A DNA stretch of 64,000 nucleotides from a virus. The number at the start of each line of letters is the position of its first letter. Position 1 is the stretch's first letter. The notes beneath the pieces are model-generated. The model worked only from the letters and a program-made list of their open reading frames with translations. It made no database searches and had not been told where the DNA came from. Where the stretch lies: IMG/VR virus record IMGVR_UViG_3300006749_000012, positions 1 through 64,000 of that record; one strand, given 5' to 3'. The translations under genes were made by a program, and so were the position numbers. Of the stretch, positions 8,682 through 18,380 are shown piece by piece.

Positions 8682-8888
8682 ATGTTTGTAAACAGAATTG
8701 GAAATGAAATAAAAAAAGAATTAGACGAAGTGACTCACAAAGCACACTGTATGGGTGATGCTGAGTCAAAGGCCGATGATAAGAAAAAACCTGCTCATGG
8801 TATGGTCATTGTCATTGGCTCAAAAGCAGGCCCCGGTCCTTCAAAGAACGGTAAGCGTGAAAAGAAAGATTCTGAAAAGAAAGATTAA
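8682..8888 (+). CDS. Small basic hypothetical protein
   Basis: ATG 8682 after AGGTGA. Confidence 0.55.
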   Translation: MFVNRIGNEIKKELDEVTHKAHCMGDAESKADDKKKPAHGMVIVIGSKAGPGPSKNGKREKKDSEKKD

Positions 8889-8924
8889 GTCAATTTGAAG
8901 TTGAGTTAGACCTTCGGCCTCACT

Positions 8925-8961
8925 GGGTCGGAGGCGAAATTCCCTCTCGCACCTCCGGCCC
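8925..8961 (+). terminator. GC-rich intergenic hairpin (terminator or regulatory structure)
   Basis: GGGTCGGAGGCGA pairs with TCG-CA-CCTCCGGCCC; AT-rich tract downstream. Confidence 0.55.
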
Positions 8962-9042
8962 GCCAAATTTAGTTATACTTAAATTAAGCAGGTAACTCTT
9001 TATTTAGGGTCGATTACTGCCTTCATCGAGAGGGATATTGAT

Positions 9043-9606
9043 ATGAGTAGTTTAGAAGCACCTCGTGAACATGACCAAGCAGAAATCCGTTTGATGGGTC
9101 TGATATTGACTCAAGCGGTGTCGATAGGTATAGCAATTGCTATATTTGATGCAGAACTTTGGATTGATTTAGACGACCCAACCGTTAATGGAGTGACCTA
9201 TGCAATGGCAGCGTTCGCTGTTCAAGGTCTAGCGTATTATCTTTTCAAAATGTTTTTCCAACAAGGTATGGACGAAAGAGCAAGGATGGCTGCACAAGAA
9301 CGGCAGAGAAGAAATCGATACAGAAGTATGGAATTTACTTTTGACCAACGTCGCCAAGACATGGAAATGAGGATGCAAGAAGCACAGTTAGAGGCTGAGT
9401 TGAACTGGATGCAAAAACACCCCGGTCAAACACCACCTTGGATAGAGGCTAGAATGTATAACGGAAGCACTTCTACCGCAGACTTCATACCTACTGACAT
9501 TAAGCCAAAAGAACCCCTTAGCCTTGGTTTGGACTTTTCGGAAGAAACCCCGTTGAAATTAGACGGGACTCCTGATAAGAGGTATCAAAAGAAAAAAAAG
9601 GAGTGA
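9043..9606 (+). CDS. Membrane protein, 2 TM helices + cytoplasmic coiled coil
   Basis: LMGLILTQAVSIGIAIAIF and VTYAMAAFAVQGLAYYLF, then R/E/Q-rich helix. Confidence 0.75.
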   Translation: MSSLEAPREHDQAEIRLMGLILTQAVSIGIAIAIFDAELWIDLDDPTVNGVTYAMAAFAVQGLAYYLFKMFFQQGMDERARMAAQERQRRNRYRSMEFTFDQRRQDMEMRMQEAQLEAELNWMQKHPGQTPPWIEARMYNGSTSTADFIPTDIKPKEPLSLGLDFSEETPLKLDGTPDKRYQKKKKE

Positions 9607-9612
9607 AGTCGA

Positions 9613-9861
9613 GTGGGTCGGATATTCAAAACACCTTCTGATGATGCAGTTGAAGAAACTCTGAGAAGTATGCATATCGCTAACACGGTAGATGTAGCAT
9701 ACGAAAGAGCAGTGGGCTGGATAAAAGTTGTAATATTTTCTTTAATCACAGCATTTGTCATTAGTGCTTTTGAATTTTATACAGATTGGAATCTTTGGGA
9801 AGTTTCAGGAAACTGGTTAAAAGACACTTTGTCTTCTTGGGCAGACTCTATCTTTGATTAG
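9613..9861 (+). CDS. Small membrane protein, 1 TM + Trp-rich amphipathic tail
   Basis: WIKVVIFSLITAFVISAF. Confidence 0.7.
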   Translation: MGRIFKTPSDDAVEETLRSMHIANTVDVAYERAVGWIKVVIFSLITAFVISAFEFYTDWNLWEVSGNWLKDTLSSWADSIFD

Positions 9862-9869
9862 GTGATATT

Positions 9870-10589
9870 ATGGGCGCAATGGCTGGCTCCGCATTAGTAG
9901 GAGGGATGGTGTTCGCTCGTGAACTTTGGCATTACTTCGTTCCTAGGAAAATTGGAATTTATGGACCTACAACAGTTGGAAAAACTACCTTAGATAGGTA
10001 TATGACAACGCCCGGCGAAATGGAAGATATACCGCTGAATCAACGAACTAAACATTTCAAAGTGCCGGGTATGAATCGGTTTATGTTACCAAGACCTAGT
10101 AGGAAAAGAGTTTCTTACAAAGGTGATACTAGAGTCGTTTATTCTGCCGATATAGGTGGAGAAGAAAGATTTTGGAATCTTTGGTTAGACGATATGGTCA
10201 ATCGACAAGTTGAGGCTGTGATATTTTTGTTTGACCACAAGTGTAACGAAGGCGGTGATGCTGCTATTCAAGCCGTAGGCGGATTCAAATATTTAGTAGA
10301 CTCGATAATTCATAGACAGTATCGCTATCGCAAATTCAGGTCTTGGTTCAAGGGTAAGAAGTATTGTCCAAAAGTCATCATGTTAGTTGCTAATAAAGCA
10401 GACCAGTGGTGGGATGAACAAGCGAATATATTGTGGCAGCAACAAAGATTGGGTGAACATAAAATGTTTGACCCATTCAGAGAAGATTTGATAAGGTTGC
10501 AGAAAGCAGGAGTGCCTACTAAAAGAGGTATGATGGCTACTAAAATTGGTTGGAATGTAGAGAATACAATGCTGGATTTATTAGTATAG
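9870..10589 (+). CDS. Small Ras-superfamily (Arf/Sar1-like) GTPase with N-terminal hydrophobic helix
   Basis: G1 GPTTVGKTT, G2 RT, G3 DIGG, AVIFLFD strand, G4 NKAD, G5-like ATK. Confidence 0.85.
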   Translation: MGAMAGSALVGGMVFARELWHYFVPRKIGIYGPTTVGKTTLDRYMTTPGEMEDIPLNQRTKHFKVPGMNRFMLPRPSRKRVSYKGDTRVVYSADIGGEERFWNLWLDDMVNRQVEAVIFLFDHKCNEGGDAAIQAVGGFKYLVDSIIHRQYRYRKFRSWFKGKKYCPKVIMLVANKADQWWDEQANILWQQQRLGEHKMFDPFREDLIRLQKAGVPTKRGMMATKIGWNVENTMLDLLV

Positions 10590-10595
10590 GTGATT

Positions 10596-11582
10596 ATGAT
10601 GAGATGGAGATATGGACAGGTGCCACAAAGTGATGTCAATTTGGCTAATATGAGTCAAGCGCACTTGATGGCTTTAGGGCAACAGGGTAATACTAATCAC
10701 GAACAGTTGTTAGAAATGCAATCGGCTCAGCAGGGTATGAAACAAGTAGCAGAGAAGAAAAACTTAGAAGTTCCTAAAGTTAATTTTTACCCCAGTAGAC
10801 ATCCTGACCCAAGAAAAGCAAGAAAGCAAGACATAAAGCAGGCTAGAAAGTTGTTGACTCCTACAAAGCGAGCATGGTATAATCCACTTAGGTGGGTTTG
10901 GGGTCGCAAATACAGATATAATCGACAGTCAAATCTTTGTGTTATAGACGGATGTAACTGTGAGGAGTTAATCAAGTATGACAACTTGTATGCTAAAATA
11001 TGTGATGAAGAAACAAGTGAAAGTTTGTGGGATTTGTATTGGAGGAACCCAGTGACAAAGACTCCCGAACCGTTTGTAGCAAGAGAGCAAGTCACTAATG
11101 GTAGAAAGATGAAGGGGACTTATTGCCCTGAACACTTACATCTCTATCATTTACTGTGTAAGTGGGAGGCAGAGGCTGATAAAGACCACAGTAAGACTAG
11201 AATGGGCATGAAAGAAATGGTAAAGAAAGGAGTAAGCACTATTGCTGTCCCTGTTTCGATTATTAGGAAAAAAGACAACACGCCTGAATTTCTGAAAAAG
11301 TATGAGCCTTTCTTTATTGAATTGGAAAAAGACTCAAAGTCTCAAAAGGGAATTAGTTTACTTCATTACAAAAACCCTGAAACTGGAATTAATGACGTAA
11401 CTATGATTGTGTTTGATTTGAGGCTTTTCCAAACAGAAATGCTTTCAGCGACACCTACTGTTGCAGATGCAATTGCTAACTTAGGTATATTACAACTACC
11501 TACTAATAGTCCAATCGATACCAATGAGGTTATCAATCAGAGTGGCTTGCCCCAAGTAGAGCAAGGTATGTTTTCACAGTGA
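10596..11582 (+). CDS. Hypothetical protein with Cys/His cluster (CVIDGCNC...YCPEH), GTPase operon
   Basis: ATG after AGGTGA; coupled to GTPase gene. Confidence 0.7.
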   Translation: MMRWRYGQVPQSDVNLANMSQAHLMALGQQGNTNHEQLLEMQSAQQGMKQVAEKKNLEVPKVNFYPSRHPDPRKARKQDIKQARKLLTPTKRAWYNPLRWVWGRKYRYNRQSNLCVIDGCNCEELIKYDNLYAKICDEETSESLWDLYWRNPVTKTPEPFVAREQVTNGRKMKGTYCPEHLHLYHLLCKWEAEADKDHSKTRMGMKEMVKKGVSTIAVPVSIIRKKDNTPEFLKKYEPFFIELEKDSKSQKGISLLHYKNPETGINDVTMIVFDLRLFQTEMLSATPTVADAIANLGILQLPTNSPIDTNEVINQSGLPQVEQGMFSQ

Positions 11583-11592
11583 GGGATTTGAA

Positions 11593-12216
11593 ATGTTCAA
11601 CAATAATAACACCAATGGAGCGTTAAACTTAGGAGCGACTTCTCCTCAGCCAGCACAGACTAATCCATTTGCCAATCAAAATGGCATGATGCAACAAGCA
11701 AGTCAGAATCCATTCATGACAGGTATGATGGGAGGAGCAGGTATGCAGTCCAATATGATGGGGCAGCAACCGATTGCACCACCATCAGAAATGGATATTC
11801 ATTTGGCTTTGATGAAAACACTAGCACCTATTGACAGATTTATTGCAGGTGGGCAAATGGGTGTTTTACTTCAAATGCTGAATGACTTAGTTTCTTTTTC
11901 AGTTATTGAAATATTGAAAAATGCAACCTTTGTAATCAATGAAGATGACGGCACTATGAAAATGGACATTACATCTCTACCAAGTAATCTCCAAACTATG
12001 AGTGCAGAAAACGTCACAGGTCAATTTAACAGTTTACAAATGACAAGTCAAAGTAATATACAAAATGCAGAAATGCAACAGCAGCAAATCGCTGCGTTCG
12101 CTCAACAATCTATGATGGGTGGAGCATTGAATGCCGCACTACAAGATGATGGTTTCATGAATAAAGCAGGTAATGCTGCCGGAAGTTTCATGGGTAAATT
12201 TATGGGGATGAGATGA
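11593..12216 (+). CDS. Q/N/M/G-rich low-complexity protein, GTPase operon
   Basis: 207-aa ORF after GAGGGA; NPF motifs; amphipathic C-terminus. Confidence 0.7.
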   Translation: MFNNNNTNGALNLGATSPQPAQTNPFANQNGMMQQASQNPFMTGMMGGAGMQSNMMGQQPIAPPSEMDIHLALMKTLAPIDRFIAGGQMGVLLQMLNDLVSFSVIEILKNATFVINEDDGTMKMDITSLPSNLQTMSAENVTGQFNSLQMTSQSNIQNAEMQQQQIAAFAQQSMMGGALNAALQDDGFMNKAGNAAGSFMGKFMGMR

Positions 12217-12458
12217 TGGTAAAAAGTGAGCCTTTCTTAGGTTTTTCAACGACAGCGATGGAGATATTTGCACCAGTAAAAAGTGTTATTGTAGATATGG
12301 TGATGGTCCAATTATTGGCTATCATAGTAACTCTAGGCTTAGTGCTGATTACAGGCGGTGACAACTTAAATAGCGAAACAATGGCTTACTTAGTCGCTGG
12401 TTTGTTCGGCGCTTTCTTTATGCTTGGTGGCATTTATTCCCGAATATCCGACATTTAG
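12213..12458 (+). CDS. Small 2-TM membrane protein (holin-like size/topology)
   Basis: VMVQLLAIIVTLGLVLIT and MAYLVAGLFGAFFMLGGIY; ATGA overlap. Confidence 0.7.
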   Translation: MMVKSEPFLGFSTTAMEIFAPVKSVIVDMVMVQLLAIIVTLGLVLITGGDNLNSETMAYLVAGLFGAFFMLGGIYSRISDI

Positions 12459-12719
12459 GTGAGTTCCCCATTTACCAAGAGGGCATTGACTAGATGTCAG
12501 TGAAGTCTTAACTCGCATCTGACAGCCGCATTCGGTGCATCGGTTACTTCTGTGTTCCCAACTAGGACATACCATACACATGTCCATTCTTAATCGTTTG
12601 ACATCATCGGGCACAAACCTTCTCATCACTATGTCTCTACCTGCTTTAGCCAAGTCTTTCGCAGTATTTACTGATACTGGAACGCCCATTATTTTAGGCT
12701 GTATTCTTGGCAGTTTCAT
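12390..12719 (-). CDS. Cys-rich protein (CMVC...CTECGC...CPLGKW; DUF6171-like), the only convincing minus-strand gene
   Basis: Cys pattern typical of a small phage family; occupies a gap with no plus-strand gene. Confidence 0.7.
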   Translation of the reverse strand: MKLPRIQPKIMGVPVSVNTAKDLAKAGRDIVMRRFVPDDVKRLRMDMCMVCPSWEHRSNRCTECGCQMRVKTSLTSSQCPLGKWGTHLNVGYSGINATKHKESAEQTSD

Positions 12720-12780
12720 GTTCACTCGGTTAAGGTAATCATTCAAAAGGGTTATTGGCATCAATCTCCTCGGATTCGTT

Positions 12781-13482
12781 ATGGCGGAAGGTCGTCAGAC
12801 AAAGCGTTCTTGTCCTTTTTGTCAACATGGCGATAGAGATGCGCTGGAACAAGACATAGTTGATGGTATTTGCAATCCTCAAATCCTAGACAAAGATATG
12901 GGTTGGAGAGCGAATACTGCTGAGCGACACATGAAGAACCATGCAGGTGATTATCATGCAGGTGCAAATCATTCTTGCGTAGTCTGCACCAGTGATGACA
13001 GGCGTGCTTTGGAAGTTGCTTACTTTGAAGGAGAGCGCACGAGTGAGAGTATTGCTGATGAACTAGATTGTAGCGAAGAATTAGTATATAGACACATGAA
13101 GCACCACTTCCAACCACTTGTAAAGAAAAGTTCTGCTGCTATTGTAGCAATAAAGGTTGGAGAAGAAGTTGACATTCTTAGAGGCAATGTCCAAAACTTA
13201 AATGGAAAACTTGCTCAGTTCATGGCAGAGTCTAATGTTCATGACGATGGGGTTATTTCGGATATGGTTAGGCTACACAAAGAAGTTAGAGAGACTCTGA
13301 AAGACCTCACCAATTACAGAGAGAAGTGGGCAGAGCCGACTACTAATGTCGCTAATAATACTATTAACGTCCTGAAACTTGAATTAGGTAAAGAGAGTCC
13401 CGATGTTTGGAAGCGAGTCAAGGCTAGCCTCCTCTCTCAGGCAGACGGTAAGGTAGACGAGGATATTCTTGATATTTTGTGA
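12781..13482 (+). CDS. Tandem zinc-finger/HTH DNA-binding protein; candidate terminase small subunit
   Basis: Two CxxC...RHMKxH repeats followed by coiled coil; first gene of the operon leading to TerL. Confidence 0.55.
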   Translation: MAEGRQTKRSCPFCQHGDRDALEQDIVDGICNPQILDKDMGWRANTAERHMKNHAGDYHAGANHSCVVCTSDDRRALEVAYFEGERTSESIADELDCSEELVYRHMKHHFQPLVKKSSAAIVAIKVGEEVDILRGNVQNLNGKLAQFMAESNVHDDGVISDMVRLHKEVRETLKDLTNYREKWAEPTTNVANNTINVLKLELGKESPDVWKRVKASLLSQADGKVDEDILDIL

Positions 13483-13492
13483 GGTTTAAATT

Positions 13493-14860
13493 ATGCCAAG
13501 AACACCCACCGGCTCTGATACTCGGATGTATAGTCCGAGAAGCGAGTCAAACTTAGGTTATTCTAAGGATGATGACGCTTATGCCTATGGGCAAGGTGAC
13601 CCTGAACAACGAGAGTTGATGCGTGATAAGAAGCAGTCTGAAAAAGAGCAACAGACTTACATAGCGGATTTGCCTCATTTGCAAATATCTATACCTAAAA
13701 CAGCACCTTCAACACCTCCGATGATGCCGGAAGAAGAAGAAGAAGAACCTATGATGGATAATCAATTCAATGAAGGTCAGCAGTTTGGTGCTATGACAGG
13801 CATGCCCGATACAGGTAACTTGAGTATCGGTAACGCAACAGGGACAATGCCAGCACCGGGCGGTATGCTTGCTACCGGAGAGCCGATGAATGACGCTTGG
13901 TCTACTTTGATGAAAGAAGATGAAGATGTCGAAGAAGATGAAGATGATGAAATACCTGATAGAAGGTTTAACAAAAAGCCTCCTATCGATATGAATGCAG
14001 AAATCAACAGACTTAGGAGACTGGCTGCCGAACCTGTAATAGAAATGAGAGAAAATGAGCAAAGAGAGGAAATGATTAGACCCACTGCTCACGGCAATCC
14101 TGACTATTTTAGACAAAGCGAGCCGATGGATAATGCTTGGTCTACTCTTATGAAAGCCCGACTTGACAAAGTTAAGGGTGCTAAAGACAAATCATGGAAG
14201 CAGACTCAATTTGAGATTCAACCGGGCGGCTCGGACATCACTACTGCTAACACTCGCAGAGCAAAATTGCAATCAAGATTCTTACAACCCCACAAAAAAC
14301 GAGGCGTCGACCTAGCACCGTTAAGTGTTCATCGAACTCACTTAGGTATAGAGACTAAGCAACCTCAGAGGCTGTTCCCTCGTGATTATGGTCATCAGAT
14401 GGCTACACAGGCTCGTAGAAAATTGATGGGCAACGTGCCTCAGATACCAGCAGGTCACGGTCTTGGACCTGAACAGGCTTACAACCCGAAGTCACCTAAG
14501 CAATCTTCTTCTAAGGGACTATCGCTAACTGAGCCAAGAACTATTCGTGAAAGGGGTAAATCATTCGCTAAGTCCGTCAAAGAAGATTTGGAAGAAATAT
14601 CAAAAAGAGCAGACTATATGCAATTTACTCAAATGCGAAGACTACTTCGCAGACTAAAAGAACTAGCAGAAAAGAACGAGCGCAGACTCAAATCGAAGGA
14701 ACAAAGCGGTCACGGTAACAATCGTGAAGCCGGACACCGTGAGGCTCAAAATAGCACTACTAAACCTGAAGGTGCTACTGAGAACCTTGAAGATGACCCA
14801 AAAAATTGGGGCGCTCCTTCTACTCTTTTCGCTGCTAGAGGTAGCGGGAGGGTAGGCTGA
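13493..14860 (+). CDS. Acidic/basic modular protein with two EPMxxAWSTLMK tags; putative head-internal protein
   Basis: Repeats at 13880-13915 and 14120-14155. Confidence 0.7.
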   Translation: MPRTPTGSDTRMYSPRSESNLGYSKDDDAYAYGQGDPEQRELMRDKKQSEKEQQTYIADLPHLQISIPKTAPSTPPMMPEEEEEEPMMDNQFNEGQQFGAMTGMPDTGNLSIGNATGTMPAPGGMLATGEPMNDAWSTLMKEDEDVEEDEDDEIPDRRFNKKPPIDMNAEINRLRRLAAEPVIEMRENEQREEMIRPTAHGNPDYFRQSEPMDNAWSTLMKARLDKVKGAKDKSWKQTQFEIQPGGSDITTANTRRAKLQSRFLQPHKKRGVDLAPLSVHRTHLGIETKQPQRLFPRDYGHQMATQARRKLMGNVPQIPAGHGLGPEQAYNPKSPKQSSSKGLSLTEPRTIRERGKSFAKSVKEDLEEISKRADYMQFTQMRRLLRRLKELAEKNERRLKSKEQSGHGNNREAGHREAQNSTTKPEGATENLEDDPKNWGAPSTLFAARGSGRVG

Positions 14861-16782
14861 TGTGGAAGGTCCATCTACCTGCTAGTTCTTATTTAGCAAA
14901 ACAGACACCTTTCTTTGGCACTAACCATTTTCTCAAAGCGTTAAATCCTATCTTATTGAAAAGTGCTGGTTTGACTTTTTTTGGCAGAGGCATGCATGAA
15001 CCTCACGGATGGGCACCGTCTGATGCAGGTATAAATGACGACCCTAATGAGCCGGACCACCCACCTTGGAATCATGACCCTAAGACAGGTGAATTGTTAG
15101 ATGGAGGATTACACCCAATAGATTTCATACTTCGTGATTTACAACAGCGCTTTGGTTACACCCCTGAAGAAGCACAAGGTAAAGTTCAGCAAGCGATTGA
15201 CAAGTATAATCAAGCGCATGGCGAAGATGGTAACCATACCTTACCTAACGTAGACAGTCCACAATGGAGAAAAGTTGTGGTGGGCCCTTACTATGATAAT
15301 AGCGAAGAAACTCACATGAGGAGGGTGAGAGGTAATGAGCCCGCTTACGAAGGAGGGCCAAGACCGTTTGTAACTTACGCTTACAATCGTGGTAACGTAT
15401 CAGGCGGGGCCACAGGTAGGTGGATTGACAGTGGTATGATTCACATGAACAAGGAATTAGGTCAGGTTTTACAGGCTGACGGTAAAGATACAACTGGTTT
15501 GAACTATGTTAGTTACAACCGTTTACTACCCGGTAGTTTGAGTGGCGGAGTAGTTCAATCTATTAGCACTGGTGATTGGAAAAGATACCAGTCAAGTGGT
15601 CAATTACCTGACCATTATCTGACTCCTGAAATGCAACAACAGATGGAAGATAGTCGCTTTCATCCTGAAATACACGCTCATCAACTAGCAAAGTTACTCC
15701 CTGACGCTTTTTTCCATGCTCCGACGGGTAGTGGTGGAGGTAGAGGTTCAGGTCTTACTGGTGAAATGTTAGGTAATCACCTAACTACCATGGGAGTAGA
15801 CCATGGTCTTGATGAAGAAGAATTGAATAAATTCGCTGGCACTAGGGCCATGAAATATTTGTTTCAACCCGGCCATCAGAAGATAGCAACTACTGGCACT
15901 GGTGGAGGGGCAGTTACCACATTACTTAGAGATTTGATGAGGGAAATAGATGCTCACCATGAACATGAGAATTATGGAATGCATTTGAGTCATGCTAAGA
16001 ATGCAAGGGTTGACTCTAATATACCATTAGCAAGGGCTGCTAACGAAAGGTCAAAAGAAGTAGTAGCGCACATGAGTCTTGCTGCTCATAAATTGATGGA
16101 GCAAGGTATGTCTGAAGAAGACGCAATTTCAGAAGTTGCTCGTCGTATGCGTGAGGCTGATATTTCTAAAGGTAGATTTGTAGAAGAAGAAGGACTTAGA
16201 GAAAAGATTGAAAATGTTATTGATTTAATGCTAGGAGCAAGCGGTCATGAAAACTTCAATCTTGGCAAAATACCCACTGACCCTAACGAACATCATCTGA
16301 AAACTCCAACAATCGATGAGTTTGGGCATCATGAAGCGCCTGAACACTGGCATGGTCGTATTATTTCCGGTGAGCATGAATTAGCGCCGATAGGTAACAG
16401 TAAGAGAGAAGAAGAAATCCCTCCTTCACTTGCACCTAAACCCGCACCCGCACCGCCACCTGCTCCCGTATCTGCACCGACTGTGGGAGTTGACCCTGCT
16501 CAAAGATTAATCACAGACCCTCGTAATTATGTCAGACCGGCAGCGCCAGCACCAGCACCAGTAGCATCACCTGCACCTAGAGTAATACCACCTCCTCAAA
16601 TGAGGGCTGCTACGCCTTTAGAGCAAGCATTCCAACAAATGATGGGACAGCCTGAGCAGCAAACCTTTTTTGACATAGGTAGCGGTGCGCTTGTCAGACG
16701 CTCACACGACATCAACGTCGGGATGGATGCGATTAGGAAAAAAATTGGATACTTTGATGGGTTTTTGAGAGGTGAGCGGTAA
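14860..16782 (+). CDS. Hypothetical His-rich protein with Pro/Ala linker; putative virion protein
   Basis: 640-aa ORF; N-terminal LAK|Q, FLK|A, LLK|S sites. Confidence 0.7.
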   Translation: MWKVHLPASSYLAKQTPFFGTNHFLKALNPILLKSAGLTFFGRGMHEPHGWAPSDAGINDDPNEPDHPPWNHDPKTGELLDGGLHPIDFILRDLQQRFGYTPEEAQGKVQQAIDKYNQAHGEDGNHTLPNVDSPQWRKVVVGPYYDNSEETHMRRVRGNEPAYEGGPRPFVTYAYNRGNVSGGATGRWIDSGMIHMNKELGQVLQADGKDTTGLNYVSYNRLLPGSLSGGVVQSISTGDWKRYQSSGQLPDHYLTPEMQQQMEDSRFHPEIHAHQLAKLLPDAFFHAPTGSGGGRGSGLTGEMLGNHLTTMGVDHGLDEEELNKFAGTRAMKYLFQPGHQKIATTGTGGGAVTTLLRDLMREIDAHHEHENYGMHLSHAKNARVDSNIPLARAANERSKEVVAHMSLAAHKLMEQGMSEEDAISEVARRMREADISKGRFVEEEGLREKIENVIDLMLGASGHENFNLGKIPTDPNEHHLKTPTIDEFGHHEAPEHWHGRIISGEHELAPIGNSKREEEIPPSLAPKPAPAPPPAPVSAPTVGVDPAQRLITDPRNYVRPAAPAPAPVASPAPRVIPPPQMRAATPLEQAFQQMMGQPEQQTFFDIGSGALVRRSHDINVGMDAIRKKIGYFDGFLRGER

Positions 16783-18380
16783 TGGGTAAAATATTGGTGA
16801 AAAAGTCTGTCGACGTGCAATATCCAGTATCAGGTCAGCCAATACTTGTCACCGGCGGTGGCGGAGGTGGCGGCGCTTCTCCAAGGGGGATGACCCTTCA
16901 AGAAAGATTAAGTCGAATAGGAGGGGGAACCCTTGGTGCACTCGCTGCTGCGACAGGTCAACATCGCAGTTTAGGTAGCCTCGCACAAGGTATGGTATCA
17001 GGAGCCGCTCAAGGAAAGGCTATCGGAGGAGGTCTTGGACGAATGGCTACCACTCGTGCGGGCCAAGAGCGTGCTAATTTACGAGAAAGGTTGAAGCAAG
17101 AAGCAGCGGAGGGTAAAGCAGCCAAGCAGATAGCGAGGCGGAACCGAGGAGAGGGCTTTTTAACAAATTTACTCAATCCAATAGGTGCATACAACAGGCG
17201 AGTAGCAGATAGAGCAGCGGGTAGACTTGACTTTGCTCGACAGATGAATCGAGAGGCCGAAGATTATAGTCGAAATATGGCGGAACTATACCGTGATGTT
17301 GGTAGAGAACAATTCAATCAAATACGCAGACCTCAGTTGCAGCAAGAAAGAGCCAAATTACTTGCTGCTGCTAAAGCAAGAGGTGGAGAATTAGGTGCTG
17401 AACAAAAAAGAAAACTGGAAATGTTAGACAGTTTGGTGCAACGAACTGGCGCTCCTAATTTGGAACAGGCACTCGGCATATTGTCTAGCGTTAATCAAAC
17501 AGCATCTCCTCCACCGGAACAAGTAGGTAGTAACGTAAACATGGTAGGGGGTAAACTTACGGTAAACGGTCAAGAAGTCCAACCTGACGCTCAGGGTAAT
17601 TACAGTGCGCCGGGAGTTAGCATAACTGGTTCTTCCATAGGTGGTGGTGGTCCTGAAGAAACTGCTGCTGCTAAAAGAGTAATGGGTAAGGTTTTGGCTG
17701 CTGGCGGTAGTAACGCTGACGTTAAAGCCGCTATGACGCAACACATAGGGGAAAGAATAGCACAACAAAATAACGTAGGAGCAGTAAACCCTTCTGAGAT
17801 GACAGAGTATAATGCAAAAGCAATACGTGACACTATGGCAAGGCGTAATGAAAAACCACTTGCTACGGAAGAAAGCCATCCTACTCAACAAAAAATAGGA
17901 ACGGCTATTTCAAACGTATTGGCTACTCAAGAGCCTGAAACAGGTAACCCATTGGGTAATTTTACCAGTCCCGAAATGACTAATTCTCCTTTAGCGACAC
18001 AGGGATTAAGTGCAGCAAATATGGTTGCACCGCCCAGTGATGGCGTTGTCGCTGAAACTACGGCAGATAAGCAAGCGGAAAATTCACAAATGAACCTTGA
18101 CACTACCCCTGAGCAAAACTTACACAGTCTTTTTGAAGCATTAGGGCCACCGCAAGAAGCCCGTAGTGCTGAACCTATTGGCACTGGTTACAGTGGTCCT
18201 AATCCAAACGTGCAAGCCTCAGAGAAAGCCGCAAAAGATATGGATTTAGCAGGATTTTATGCAGCGGCGGAAGAACAAAGTAGACCTATCGAGTATGATG
18301 AGTTTGGATTTCCAATACGAACAGGTGAGCCGATGGAATTAGCATTTAGATTACTCAAGATGATGATATTCAACAGGTGA
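16782..18380 (+). CDS. Glycine-zipper/coiled-coil protein with C-terminal GEPMELAFRLLK tag; putative ejection protein
   Basis: IGGGTLGALAAATG..GAAQGKAIGGGLG; tag at 18321-18359. Confidence 0.65.
   Translation: MGKILVKKSVDVQYPVSGQPILVTGGGGGGGASPRGMTLQERLSRIGGGTLGALAAATGQHRSLGSLAQGMVSGAAQGKAIGGGLGRMATTRAGQERANLRERLKQEAAEGKAAKQIARRNRGEGFLTNLLNPIGAYNRRVADRAAGRLDFARQMNREAEDYSRNMAELYRDVGREQFNQIRRPQLQQERAKLLAAAKARGGELGAEQKRKLEMLDSLVQRTGAPNLEQALGILSSVNQTASPPPEQVGSNVNMVGGKLTVNGQEVQPDAQGNYSAPGVSITGSSIGGGGPEETAAAKRVMGKVLAAGGSNADVKAAMTQHIGERIAQQNNVGAVNPSEMTEYNAKAIRDTMARRNEKPLATEESHPTQQKIGTAISNVLATQEPETGNPLGNFTSPEMTNSPLATQGLSAANMVAPPSDGVVAETTADKQAENSQMNLDTTPEQNLHSLFEALGPPQEARSAEPIGTGYSGPNPNVQASEKAAKDMDLAGFYAAAEEQSRPIEYDEFGFPIRTGEPMELAFRLLKMMIFNR

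Noticed and set aside
9870-9890. Arf-type N-myristoylation signal at the GTPase N-terminus (MGAMAGS)
   Set aside because: Ser is not at the consensus position and archaea are not known to have N-myristoyltransferase
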